Shown: positions 1 to 12,925 of the stretch, piece by piece
How positions within the stretch are numbered: the first letter of the stretch is position 1
Layout: each line of letters opens with the position of its first letter
Assembly (NCBI RefSeq): GCF_006345805.1
Contig: NC_043002.1
Location: 7,564,001-7,628,000 of the forward strand
Direction: 5' to 3'
Length of the DNA: 64,000 bases
DNA from: Octopus sinensis
Taxonomy: Eukaryota
Notes under the pieces: generated by a model
Told to the model about the DNA's origin: nothing
Database searches by the model: none
What the model saw: only the letters and a program-made list of their open reading frames with translations
Position numbers and translations under genes: made by a program

Positions 1-11
1 TGTTATTACTA

Positions 12-43
<32 letters not shown>

Positions 44-100
44 GTTGTTGTCGTTGTTCTTTTTCTTCTTGATTATTATTTATATCATTATTATTATTAA

Positions 101-138
<38 letters not shown>

Positions 139-174
139 TTTTTATTACCATCATTATTATTATTATTATTATTA

Positions 175-209
<35 letters not shown>

Positions 210-270
210 GTATCATTTTTATTATTTATATCATCATCATCATCATTATTATTATTACTATTATTATTAA

Positions 271-475
271 GAAGGTGTGCTGGCAGAATTGTTACCACGC
301 TGGACGAAATGCGTAGCGGTATTTCGCCCGTCGCTACGTTTTGAGTTCAAATTCCACCAGGTCGACTTTGCCTTTCATCCTATTGGGGGTCGATAAAATA
401 AGTACCAGTTGAACACCGGGGTCGATGTAATCGACTAATCTCCATCTGCTGTCCTTGTGGCAAAAATTTGAAATA
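271..475 (+). mobile_element. SINE family A, short-tail variant in (TTA)n
   Basis: tggcagaa A-box, gagttcaaattcc B-box, gcctttcatcctttcggggtcgataaa core, tail ...gtggcaaaaatttgaa. Confidence 0.8.
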
Positions 476-525
476 ATAATAATAAATATAACTTTAATTA
501 TCACCACCATTATTATTATTATTAT

Positions 526-559
<34 letters not shown>

Positions 560-1375
560 CGGTTGCGTTACTTTGACTTCTGACATTAAAATCTTCTCAA
601 GATCAACATTGCCTTTTAATCTTTCTGGAGTCAATAAAATAGGAATCGAATGTAAATTGTTTGCGCTGTTTTCTCTAAAATAGGTGGCCTTCTTTCCTTT
701 TTTTTTCATTTACCATTTAGTCAGAGAAGTTAAGGTATCATTTATGAAAATGTTCAAAGCAGTCGAGACTTGTATGAGACTTGTCCTCAAACCAAGCAGA
801 TCTTTGATTTGGATGCTACAAGAGAAAGGCTTATTCTGGCCTTTCTTTCTGCCCCATCACATCGACGAAAGTAATTTAATTCACCGATAAATTCTTTGAC
901 AAGCACTTAGTGTTTTTTTTTATTCTAAGGGATTCAAAAGTGGGTTTTCGTTGCATCTCCCAGGGCATGTGTTTTACATGACAATATTTTGTGAAATAAA
1001 TGCAGACAAGTTCACCCTTCTTGATCGGACACTTAGAATATAAAGTACTGGAAGAAATACCTCTTATCATTTTCTCCATTTTAACGATGTTACTGCAGTA
1101 CATCACCTTGAAATGATACTACCGTTATCAATCCCGGTCAGAAAGAAGGCAAAGCTGTCATCATTGATATTTGAACTCAATGCGCAAATAGCCTAGACAA
1201 ATATCGCAGGACATTCTGTCCGGTACTCTAATCGATTTTGCTCACCTGTGGCCTTATGTACTTTGGTAAACACGCCCAATGACCAGATGTCGGTATTAAC
1301 ACGGGCATTGCATTATGTTTACCGCCAAGAACAGGTACAATTTATCTACCGGGCTTCCGCACTGTATCCATTTGT

Positions 1376-1703
1376 GGAGGCACATGGCCTAGTGGTTAGA
1401 GCAGCGAACTCGCGGTCGAGGGATCGCGGATTCGAATCTCAGACCGGGTGATGTGTGTGTGTTTATGAGCGAAAACACCTAAGCTCCACGCGACTCCGGC
1501 AGAAGGTAATGACGAACTTCTGCTGACTCTTTCGCCACAAACTTTCTCTCACTGTTTCCTCCTGCATCTTGCAGCTCACCTGCGACGGACCGGCATCCCG
1601 TCCAGGTGGAGAACCTATACGCCAAGGAAACCGGGAAACCGGCCCTTATGAGCCAGGTATGACTCGAGAAGGAACAAACAAACAAACAAACAAACAAACA
1701 AAC
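1376..1703 (+). mobile_element. SINE family C, tail type 1, ends in (AAAC)n
   Basis: tggcctagtggttag A-box, ggattcgaatc B-box, TSD actgtatccattt. Confidence 0.88.
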
Positions 1704-2029
1704 AACTGTATCCATTTCGTTTACAATGCTTGAACCAATCTTTATGGCAGAGAGCTCTTGCGCCTTGTGCCGCATCGAAGGATTAAACTCAGCCGGGACC
1801 ACCATGACTGCGAAGAACTTAACCCACACGGTCATGTTTATGTAGGGACCTCATAACTTTTAAGTCTACACTATGATACACCATAAATTTTATAGGTTTA
1901 GGTGACATAGCTATTTTAACAGAGTTACCTCTTCATCAGTTTTGATTTAGGTTGCTACTGGCAATGATGGACACGGCGATGACATCATTAATCTATACAT
2001 GCTTTAATCTTTATCATCGTCGTCGTCGT

Positions 2030-2362
2030 TGTCGTCATCATCACCATCACCATCACCATCTTCATAATCATGCTCATCCATTATATCAGTATTATTAATC
2101 TCAAACTCTTTCAGCTGTGTCTTTTGCCTTTGTTGTTGTTGTGTTGTTGTTGTTGTTGTTTTTGTTGATGTCAATTTGGTTGTTTCCAGTTATTTTTCGA
2201 TGTTGTTGTTGTTGTTGTTGCTACTCTTATTCTCCTTGCGTTTGTTGTTGATTATGGCTGTTGAGCCTTTTGTTTTTCTTGTTTATTGCTTGGAGTTGCT
2301 AGCATTTTCATTCTTCTTCTTATTGTTGTTGTTCTTATCATTACTATTGTTGATGCTAACGA

Positions 2363-2394
<32 letters not shown>

Positions 2395-2417
2395 ATGATA
2401 ATGATGATGATGATGGC

Positions 2418-2459
<42 letters not shown>

Positions 2460-2594
2460 GATGAAGAGGAGGAGGAGGAGAAGGATGACGATGATGATGA
2501 TGATGATGACGACGACGATGATGATGATGATGATGATGATGACGATGATGATGATGAAGATGAGGAGGAGGAGGAGGAGGAGGAGAAGGATGAC

Positions 2595-2632
<38 letters not shown>

Positions 2633-2990
2633 CGATGATGATGATGACGATGATGATGATGACGACGATGATGACGATGATGATGATGATGATGATAATG
2701 ACGATGACGATGATGATGATGATAATGATGGTGATGGTGATGATGATGATGACGACGATGATGACGATGATGATGATGATGATGATGATAATGACGATGA
2801 CGATGATGATGATGCTGTCTTCTTGTTAGTGTTATTGCTGTTGTTGCTGCGTCTGATGTATGTTGATACTGACGATATTGATGATTAAGAGCAGTGTTGT
2901 TATTAGTGTTATTACTGTTGGAGTTTTTTTTCTTCTTGTTATTGTTTCTCTAGTTGTTATTGTTTTTTGTTGTTGTTGTTGTTGTTTAAA
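2030..2990. repeat. Compound GTT/GAT/GAG trinucleotide low-complexity array
   Basis: Internal duplication of the gatgaag..(gag)n aaggatgac block. Confidence 0.9.
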
Positions 2991-3812
2991 ATCATTGAAG
3001 TGTTAACATTCAATTTCACATCTCAGTTTCCAATTTGATTTCCAGTGTGAATATATCTTCCAGCATTTATTTTTGAAGGATTTTTCTCACTGCGATGCTT
3101 GTCTGACGCTCGCTCCCACCGTCTCCATCTCTTCCTTTCTTTACATTTTAACATTCTATTCCAACCGATTTTTGTTTTAGGTTGCTTTTTTTATTATTTT
3201 TTTGTCTGTTTGTAACTGATTTATCTTGCAATGGATGAATGCTATTTATTAAAAACTATTGAAAACAACATCAACAACAACAACATACCAAAAGCAATGA
3301 CAACAACAAACAACACATCTAAAAAAAAAACGAGATCAGTTTTGGTTGCTACACTGCCCATTCTAATGACCGCTGCTCCCCCGACCCGCTCTTCTGAAGA
3401 AGTTTGCTGATTAAGAAGAAGAACAACAACAACAATAATAGAAGCATAAAGAATAATAATAAACAGGATGTGACGTGTTGAGGTGGGACCGGGGGGCGGG
3501 TCTAATCCAACTTAAAATAGCTAACCAAACGTTTCTTGACGGCATTTGCACTATTTTGGTTGATTAATAAGAAAATTATTGATAATGATTATTATTATGA
3601 TGATGACCACCTCCACAACTACGACACTAATGATGACGACGATGTGAACGATGATGATAACAGTGACGAATATGATCACTGATGTAGTTTAACCCAGGAG
3701 TTAGATGAGATCTAAGAAACCCATGGTCAAAAGTGTTCCCATTATAAGCATATCGACTTTTTAAAAATCAGATCTAACCTCTTTTTCCTAAAATGGGAGT
3801 AAGTGATTTGAA

Positions 3813-4046
3813 AGGCGGCGAGCTGGCAGAAACGTTAGCTCACCGGGCGAAATGCGTAGCCGTATTTCGACTGTCTTTACATTCTGAGTTCAAATTCCGC
3901 CGAGGTCGACTTTGCCTTTCATCCTTTCGGGGTCGATAAACTAAGTACCAGTTGCGCACTGGGGTCGATGTAATCGACTTAATACCTATGTCTGTCCTTG
4001 TTTGTTCCTTCTGTGTTTAGCCCCTTGTGGGTAGTAAAGAAATAGG
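3813..4046 (+). mobile_element. SINE family A (tRNA head, Meta-domain-like core)
   Basis: Full copy with TSD agtaagtgatttgaa. Confidence 0.92.
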
Positions 4047-4500
4047 TAGTAAGTGATTTGAATTTGATTTGGCTGTTACTGCTAATGCTAGCGATGAAGA
4101 GGAGGAGAAGGAGGAAGAAGAGAAAGGCGATGACGACAACGGCAACAACAACTACACCATTATCCTAATCGTAGCCCCAGTTATCACCGGTTTCGATCCT
4201 GCTTGTATCCTCGACCAAAGCAACAGGATGATTTCCAAACCATGTGAGTGAAATCGACGGATATCAATAATACTGATTATAACCATGTCGGCGGCGACGA
4301 CGACGATGCTGCTGCTGATGATGATGATGTTTAAAACTAGCTCAAACTTAATTGAATAGATCGAGGACTAAGCTGTGATTTTGATTGTTATTGAAAACCC
4401 ATATTCTTATTTCCGATTCTGTAACGTATATACTTTTGCTAGTGTAAGAATCATTTAGAGTATCGGACAACATGCTTTGCGGTATTGTTTCGACTCTCTA

Positions 4501-4734
4501 AGGCGGCGAGCTGGCAGAAACGTTAGCACGCCGGGCGAAATGCTTGGCAGTATTTCGTCTGCCGCTACGTTCTGAGTTCAAATTCCGCCGAGGTCGACTT
4601 TGCCTTTCATCCTCTCAGGGTCGATAAATTAAGTACCAGTTACGCACTGGGGTCGATGTAATCGACTTAATCCGTTTGTCTGTCCTTGTTTGTCCCCTCT
4701 GTTTTTAGCTCCTTGTGGGTAGTAAAGAAATAGG
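4501..4734 (+). mobile_element. SINE family A
   Basis: Full copy aggcggcgagctggcag...aaagaaatagg. Confidence 0.92.
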
Positions 4735-5063
4735 GGAAGTTAGGAGAAGTGAAAAGCAATTAAGAACAAAACAAAAAGAGGTGAAACCTCCTTTGATTTA
4801 TTCAGTTACAGTATTTCATCGCCCTCCTTTACCTTCATAACTAACGGTGTGACCCTGTTGTTTGTCCTTCTATATTATACTATAACCATGTTGCCTCAGA
4901 TGCACCAGCACAGGATACCGTACACTTGTCTAAAATAATAAAGTAAAAAAATGAATAACAGTTTTAATGTAGCGTAATGAAAAATGTCGAGTGCCGTGTC
5001 CTGAAGTATGGCAATGTTATACGATGCAGTGAAACATGTATGATAGTGTAGTGTTATATTAAA

Positions 5064-5296
5064 AGGCGGCGAGCTGGCAGAAACGTTAGCACGCCGGGCG
5101 AAAAGCGTAGCCGTATTTCGTCTGCCATTACGTTCTGAGTTCAAATTCCGCCGAGGTCGACTTTGCCTTTCATCCTTTCGGGGTCGATAAATTAAGTACC
5201 AGTTACGCACTGGAGTCGATGTAATCGACTTAATCCATTTGTCTGTCCTTGTTTGTCCCTTCTGTGTTTAGCCCCTTGTGGGTAGTAAAGAAACAG
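5064..5296 (+). mobile_element. SINE family A
   Basis: Full copy with TSD gatagtgyagtgttatat. Confidence 0.92.
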
Positions 5297-6619
5297 ATAG
5301 TGCAGTGTTATATGAGGAAGTAACAATGACAGCGTAGTGTAATGACGTGTGACAAGGTTCTTACGGTTTCGGCTCAGGACAGCCCAGATCGAAGGGATCC
5401 ACGATCAAAAACGTTGCCATCTTTTACCGTTCTAATGCTTTGTATGTTTCTTACATTTCTGACTACAATGTCCAGTGTGTCCTTTCTACATTTTAAGGGA
5501 GTTGGGTGTGATTTAAGAGAGATTTGGTTTCATGCAGAAGTATTCCATTCTAACGCAGTAGAGCATAATACAGCATAGTACAGTATCGAACAGTGTGAAG
5601 AGTGTGTAATGTAAAGCTTGGAATGGTTCCAATATTGACATACTTGAAGTGGACATTAGCTGATAACTCAAAGCTGCAACATAAAACTGATATTTCAATA
5701 TTGTTTTCCTTCTGATTAGACACAAAGGCAACTTCCATTAATGAGTCACTAACTTCCATGGAGAGGAAGGTAAAAGCGGTTGAGACGTTTATCTTCTTTT
5801 TCGTTATTAGTGAACACTGTAGCGATCTAAATGAAGTGAGTTCACCGTAACCGGGATTGTAGCAGGTTGTGCATTTGGTTCGGAGTGAGCTTATTTTATA
5901 TTATGCTACATTCGATGCTTTTCTGCACTGCACGGACTTAAGTCACACTCAAGGAATTTCTATAACTTTCTCTTTCCCATCTCACTCACTTACTATAGAA
6001 ATACAAATGTACACGCACGCTCTCTTACACACGTACTAACATATTTATATCATGAACGGTAATAGGAATTTATAGGTTTGGTAGGGTGTTCATCTGGGAC
6101 TTATCCACACTGCAACACTTAAAACTGTAACTTTAAGCATAGATAGAAAAAGAAAATTAAAACCGACCTGCTATGCTTAGCAATTGTGTATGTATGTAAA
6201 TACATACATACATACTACATACATACATACATACATACATACATACATACATACATACATACATACATACATACATACATACATACATACACACACACAT
6301 ATATATATATATACACACACACATGCATCTATATCTATGTAACAGATGATGTATATATATATATATTTGTATGTGAGTGTTTGTGTGTCTGTGTCTGTGT
6401 CTGTGTCTGTGTCTGTGTGAATGTGTGTATGTACGTGCGAGTGTTATGGTGGTTAGTCGTTACGATATAAATGACAATAAATATTCATTGAGTAATCTAC
6501 ACCGATTACAAAGTCAAACATATTACGCATATGGGGTTCAGTTGCCCTTGAAATGTTACTTTTTGAAGCTTTTTGCACCTGTACGGTGATTGCAACAATT
6601 TCCGATTATTTCTCTTGGA

Positions 6620-6900
6620 GATTCTATATTCTCAACATAGTGCTATTTCTATACGCAAGAACATCTTTGACTGCATCGAAAGGAAAGCCTGATTGACAAA
6701 GACTCACCAATACATTCGAGCCTTAACCTCCACGCTTAATCGTCTTATGCTCTCATTTCCCGTGCATTTTCTTAAATGTGAGACTTTGGTAGATGAAAAT
6801 GAATACTATTAATCCTCGAAGTATACATCCCTTGGCTTTGATTTCCAACACTTGCTTAACTGCGATTTCAAGACATAAGCAATAACTCAGAAAGCTGGTT
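6620..6900 (-). mobile_element. Possible decayed RTE-like relic
   Basis: RLSVEVKARMYW*VFV..., with multiple stops. Confidence 0.25.
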
Positions 6901-7140
6901 TACGCTTGACAAACATCATGACAAAGTTTTCGATTCTAATCAGTGATTCTGCAAATGTTATTAAATACGTTTCCTTGTTGTTACTGCTTCTTTCAACCTC
7001 ATTCATGATTGAGTAGACCATCACCGATAGCACTCGAGCCGTGGCCATCTTGCACTTTTCTTATGCATGGTTTATATTCAAGAGTAATTCTATCCAATGT
7101 AGCATTACTGTTGATTTTTAAGATGACAGGATGTGATATG

Positions 7141-7376
7141 AGGCGGGGAGCTGGCAGAAACGTTAGCACGCCGGGCGAAATGCGTAGCCGTATTTCGTCT
7201 GTCGTTACGTTCTGAGTTCAAATTCCGCCGAGGTTGACTTTGCCTTTCATCTTTTCGGGGGTCGATAAATTAAGTACTAGATACGCACTGGGGTCGATAT
7301 AATCGACTTAATCCGTTTTTTCTGTCCTTGTTTGTCCTCTCTGTGTTTAGCCCCTTGTGGGTAGTAAAGAAATAGG
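7141..7376 (+). mobile_element. SINE family A
   Basis: Full copy with TSD aggatgtgatatgagg overlapping both element ends. Confidence 0.92.
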
Positions 7377-8301
7377 ATGTGATATGAGGTATATTTGGTA
7401 GCTTTTTTTAGCAGGTCAAACCACCATATTAGTATATCGCTGTAACGAAAATCAATATATTTGTAATTCTGGCGCAGATTTGGCGCAGCGGAGAGAGAAT
7501 CTTACTAGATGATCGAATTGTGTATTCTTCGATGCGTCATGATATTTAGTTCAAATACAGATCGCAGACCAAATTAGCGATTGTTCCCACCGGAATCTAT
7601 AAAAAAACTATTAACTCTGATATTCAAGAATTTATTTAATTAACAAACTAAACTTCTATCTTCGAAAGAGTGATTTTTAATGAGAACCAGTTTGGGCTTG
7701 AGAAGGAAAACATTTTCACTGAGTGTATTCCATTAGAGAAAAAGCCATATCGTTTGAAAGTACAAGCAATATGAAATATTACTGGCGCTGTGATGTTGTC
7801 TGATGTAGTGAGTTCTATAGCGGTTGACAGTGGTGGAATGAGCAGTGGTGTACTACAGGGAGTTCGTGATGTACTATTTGTATTTTGTTTTCAAAAGAAG
7901 CAGGAAAAAATGAGAGAAAAGAGGAGGAGGAAATAGAATAGATTGAGTGAGGAAAAGAGGAAAAGCGCTCGCGTACGCATGAGAGAATGAGAGACGTATA
8001 GAGAGTCCAGATACTCGAAGGTGATGTGGTGTGCAAACCATTTCTAACAAAGCTGGAGGTGAATCCTCTCGCAAAAGAATTATGGAAGAGAGTTAATATT
8101 GCTTTATTTGAGTACAATATATACAGGTACATATGCAGCTCTCTCACTCTCTTCCTCAATATCTATCTCTCTTTCTCTCTCTATGAGTATACATACGTGT
8201 ATGTAAACTCATATATACACATATATACGAGTACACATGTTTACCCATTTACGCTATTGCTGCATTGTTGCATAGCACTTGGTTGTTCCTGACTCATTAA
8301 A

Positions 8302-8410
8302 CCTATTTCTTTACTACCCACAAGGGGCTAAACACAGAGAGGAAAAACAAGGACAGACAAAGGGATTAAGTCGATTACATCGACCCCAGTGCGTAACTGG
8401 TACTTATTTA
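8302..8410 (-). mobile_element. SINE family A, 3' half
   Basis: Reverse complement of the tail region. Confidence 0.85.
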
Positions 8411-8589
8411 ATTTCTATAAAGCTATCGTTGGCAGCCTGAGTCTATGTACATATATGTATTCAGTGAGATCAATGAGAAGAAATATAGAAATTAGGATCA
8501 TATGACGAGTCATAATTAGATTATTTCAAATACACACATACACACATGCACATAAATTTTCATTACTTAACGTACCTAGCATATCTGTT

Positions 8590-8712
8590 TTCAAAAATGT
8601 CCTTAGATACTGAGATGATCAAGGGGGTTCAGAAAGCTTCAGTCGCGTTTGGAACACTCGAAAAAGTAGTTGGGTCAGATAGAGACTTGAAGCTATCCAC
8701 CAAGCTTGCGTC
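8590..8712 (+). mobile_element. RTE-clade LINE fragment
   Basis: KGVQKASVAFGTLEKVVGSDRDLKLSTKLA resembles the RTE post-RT motif RIxKASxAFGxL...LxLxTK. Confidence 0.55.
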
Positions 8713-8732
8713 ATCATATACTTAATATACCC

Positions 8733-9148
8733 ATTTCTTTACTACCCACAAGGGGCTAAACACAGAGGGGACAAACAAGGACAGACAAACGGATTAAGTC
8801 GATTACATCGACCCCAGAGCGTAACTGGTACTTAACTTATCGACCCCGAAAGGATGAAAGGCAAAGCCGACCTCGGCGGAATTTGAACTCAGAACGTAAC
8901 GACAGACGGAATACCTATTTCTTTACTACCCGCAAGGGGCTAAACACAGATGGGACAAACAAGGACAAACAAACGGATTAAGTCGATTACATCGACCCCA
9001 GTGCGTAACAGGTACTTAATTTATCGATCCCGAAAAGATGAAAGGCAAAGCCGACCTCGGCGGATCTTGAACTCAGAACGTAACGGCAGACAAAATACGG
9101 CTACGCATTTCGCCCGGCGTGCTAACGTTTCTGCCAGCTCGCCGCCTT
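8733..9148 (-). mobile_element. SINE family A dimer
   Basis: Full unit plus a head-less unit. A single TSD atatacttaatatacccat flanks the whole dimer. Confidence 0.9.
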
Positions 9149-9532
9149 ATATACTTAATATACCCATCGTAGACACGGGTACTATAATAACAAGAGATCA
9201 AAAAATTTGTGGAAGATCCTATCAGAAGTAATTAAGCATTGTATCAAGCATCAGTGGGATATTTCTTAAATCTGATAGAGAAGTGTTTGGAAAGGCGTAC
9301 AGTTCCAGTATGGAAGCACAGCTCAGCATGAATTATATGCACTAGGCTTGGTTATGACGTTTCTGCGGTTACTCAGACAGAAAAAAATGAAACGGAAGAG
9401 AACAATTAAGTTTTAATTCTTTGATTTAATTCCTTGAAAAAACTAGGAATATCTTGTTTTTCCTGGGGAGGCTCACACGAACTCATATCAAGTATCTTGC
9501 AAGCCAAATACAAATACGAATTAGGAACATTA

Positions 9533-9703
9533 GGCGCAGGAGTGGCTGTGTGGTAAGTAGCTTGCTAACCAACCACATGGTTCCGGGTTCAGTCCCACTA
9601 CGTGGCATCTTGGGCAAGTGTCTTCTGCTATAGCCCCGGGCCGACCAATGCCTTGTGAGTGGACTTGGTAGACGGAAACTGAAAGAAGCCTGTCGTATAT
9701 ATG

Positions 9704-9736
<33 letters not shown>

Positions 9737-9940
9737 TTGTGTGTCTGTGTTTGTCCCCCTTGCATTGCCTGACAACCGATGCTGGTGTGTTTACGTCCCC
9801 GTCACTTAGCGGTTCGGCAAAAGAGACCGATAGAATAAGTACTGGGCTTACAAAGAATAAGTCCTGGGGTCTATTTGCTCGACTAAAGGCGGTGCTGCAG
9901 CATGGCCGCAGTCAAATGACTGAAACGAGTAAAAGAGTAA
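9533..9940 (+). mobile_element. SINE family B (tRNA head, CORE-like domain, internal TA/TG microsatellite)
   Basis: gagtggctgtgtggtaag A-box, gggttcagtccc B-box, ggcaccttgggcaag CORE-like motif, (aaagagt)n tail. Confidence 0.92.
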
Positions 9941-10626
9941 TGAATAAAACAAAATGAGTGGGGTCTGCAATCTGGAAGTATTGTCTACAGAGAGAAACAG
10001 AAATGTGCATCATGAACCAAAATGGCCGAAAATGCCAACATGTTGAGGATCTGTGTTGTAGAAGACCTAAAATCTACAAGTGATCTCAATTTGCAATGCT
10101 TGTAGTTGTAATAAAGCTTTCGAAAGCCAGGTTCCTTAACTGTGGAAGATCACAAACGGGAGACAAGCGCAAGACCTTTATACGAATGCACAACCACCAG
10201 CTAAACCCGAACAGTGTTCTCATTAGGCTCAGAGATGTATACATCTGATGTTGGGTCGGATATCCAATTTGGACGAATGCACAGAGGTGCCGCCCCTTTT
10301 GATGTCGCTACCCAAATTCCTTGCTATATTTGCCATAAAAATTAAATCTGAGTCTCTGTAGGCATCTAATAGTCCATATGGGAGAAGTTTTATTAGCATG
10401 ATATGGTTAATTGATGGCAATAAGAAAGAAGTCACAGTGACCGAGTAGTCAACCAACGATACATACATGCAGAAGTACGTACGTATATACATACAAAGAT
10501 GCATACATATACATATAAGCACTCATAAACACACGCGCACACACCCACTAACATATACTTACATAGATATATATGTATAAGAATACATATGTATATGTAT
10601 ATGTATAAATGAAAATATGTGCGCTA

Positions 10627-10696
<70 letters not shown>

Positions 10697-10707
10697 TATA
10701 TATATAT

Positions 10708-10827
10708 CACCGTGGTCACCGTAACCGATCAGGCTACCAGATGTTGCTACACATCGCTGGTCACAATGTGCTTCGCATTGTTTTAGCCTTCAAATGACGC
10801 CACTACGCTGGCTAAGCGAGCAGGCCA
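10708..10827. other. 120-bp GC-balanced insert inside a (TA)n array
   Basis: Sharp boundaries with pure TA on both sides. Confidence 0.6.
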
Positions 10828-10871
10828 TATATATATATATATAAATATAATATTATATATATATATATATA

Positions 10872-10919
<48 letters not shown>

Positions 10920-11054
10920 AATTGCGATTCAGTTGAATTAGGTACTCAAGTTAAAGCAACAAGTCAGTCCAGTATTATCTGCGCAGCCCGAAGTGAGGTG
11001 AATAAAATCAAAATAAGCAACAGGATGCTACTTGATATCCTGTTGCTTATTTTG

Positions 11055-11099
<45 letters not shown>

Positions 11100-11292
11100 G
11101 CCATGATAGATCGTTAGCTACTAACGCATTTTTTTCTCTCCTTGTTTTTTTCTGTGTATCTTTCTGTCGAAGAGCGTAGGTTCGAAATGTAAAAGACTTT
11201 TTCTATTTCTAATCCTGAGCGCTATACTAATACATTTGTTTGTTTGTACTCCACCTGCCTTCGTCTTTTGTTTATTTTCGTAAACTTTCCCT
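11100..11292 (+). mobile_element. (TA)n-embedded element P1 with hammerhead-like motif (11160-11195)
   Basis: Matches 45585-45771, 56648-56836 and 58485-58665. Confidence 0.75.
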
Positions 11293-11343
11293 TTATATAT
11301 ACATATATATATATATATTATATATATATATATATGTATATAT

Positions 11344-11399
<56 letters not shown>

Positions 11400-12092
11400 A
11401 CATGTTTATATATATATATATATATATATAATATAATATATATATATATACATGTATGCGTGTGTCTGTATGCGTATGTGAGATTTTCCTCTCCCTTCTC
11501 AAGGGGTTAGCTTTTAATATAGAGTGAGTTGTAGCTGCTTTTTCTAACAGGTTGAGCGATTACTTCGGGGCTTCCCACTTGGCTTGAAAGTAAAATATTT
11601 ATAGAATGTTACGCTTAAAAGTATTTCCAATGAAATAATTGCAATTACTTCTTAATGAAGGGATTACAAGTGATTTTAATCAAGTGGTTAAAATTACCTT
11701 TAATGAAGTAGTAAAAACTACTTTTAATGGTTAAAATTACATGAAGTGGTTAAAATTACATTAAACTTAATTTAATGGTTAAACTAGAAATGATTACCAT
11801 CACAAACCTGAAGTTAATTATCAAGAGAGGAAAATACAGTAATAGAAGGAATCTGTTGAAAATATGGAAGAGATGGGATTAAGTTTTGAAATCAAATAAT
11901 ATACCCGTGATTTTGCTGAAATCTCCCTTAGGATCACCATAATACCTTGTTAGATTCGAACTCATTTATATTTGACCTTTTCTCACGGTCTATAAAACAA
12001 TTAATCTCAGGGTTCAATGGATCTAACTGTTGACTGGTAACGTTATTGATCTGAGAAGTTTTACTTGTTGATGTTGCTGTTTGTTTGTTTGT

Positions 12093-12450
12093 GAGCGAAG
12101 CGGTCTTCGTCTTGGGAGAAGTCCGAAACGTGGTCCTTTGCTATTCGTAAGACCCGCAGAAGAGAAAGCAGGACAACCCCCGACACCAAGAGAGCATCGA
12201 TGGATGGATGAATGCGCATCCAGGCTCAGCGGTTGCGTAGGAATTCGGGGGACAAGAAACAGGAAGAAAGAGTGAGAGGAATTTGGGGCGAAAGAGTACA
12301 ACAGGGGTCGCCACTATCTACCCTGCCAGAGCCTCGTGAAGCTTTAGGTGTTTTCGATCAATAAACACACACAACGCCCGGTCTGGAAATCGAAACCGCG
12401 ATCCTCCGACCGCTCTTCCGCTGCCCGAACCACTGGGTCATTGCGTCTCC
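12093..12450 (-). mobile_element. SINE family C, tail type 2
   Basis: Reverse match to 26801-27157. Confidence 0.88.
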
Positions 12451-12925
12451 ACTGTGGTTGCTGTTGTTATTGGAGCATATATATGATGAAAAGCATTTCA
12501 GCAATGACAACCCCCATCATTAGAAGGCAGCGAAAAGGCTGAGCCGTTTCGAGCATCGGATAACTTGCTTTGTGGCATTCGCCCCTTCTCTCTACTCTCA
12601 ACTTCGCTTTTCCGCCTTTTAGAGTCCATACCTAAAAATACCAGCATTTTACTGGGCCATTTCTTATCTCATCACCCTCTTTCATTCCACCTATCCGTCT
12701 GTGTCTCTTTCTGCGAGCAATCTGTTGTGGTGAGACCAGATGAAATATTGGTGTTGCCAGCTCTGAAAATGTCTAACGTATACTGCATGTTAGAATACAC
12801 ACCGCTAGAACTCCATCAAAAGTTCAAAAGACTAAGGTAATCTTATCTTCGTAGATTTATCGAAGAATATGTTGCCCGATGTATATTTTTCCTTTTAATC
12901 TATTTACAGAGAAGCTTTTTATTTT

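Noticed and set aside
12-344. Poly-L/I, poly-N, YI/HT/CV-repeat ORFs throughout the track
   Set aside because: Translations of (GTT)n, (ATT)n, (TA)n, (CA)n and (GATA)n microsatellites with no splice or codon evidence.
680-1370. Possible RT relic (FQGDVL, NIFINDT snippets)
   Set aside because: Motifs are in inconsistent frames; too weak to call.
1376-1450. tRNA gene
   Set aside because: tRNA-like A/B boxes are SINE heads (families A-D). No complete cloverleaf with acceptor stem was found.
3470-3520. GC-box/CRE-like promoter motifs; also octamers near 21166 and 53096
   Set aside because: Short motifs expected by chance, with no TSS evidence.
6708-6783. 76-nt phase-1 exon candidate (SHLRKCTGNESIRRLSVEVKARMY)
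   Set aside because: Lies within what looks like a decayed RTE-type ORF. Cannot be supported as a host exon without transcripts.
9530-9957. Recurrent ORFs such as ...QIHSQGIGRPGAIAEDTCPRCH and MTTDAGVFTSPS...
   Set aside because: Chance frames in SINE family B, repeated at every copy.
9960-10210. hAT-like STVKEPGFRKL snippet
   Set aside because: A single short motif among stops, with no TIRs found.
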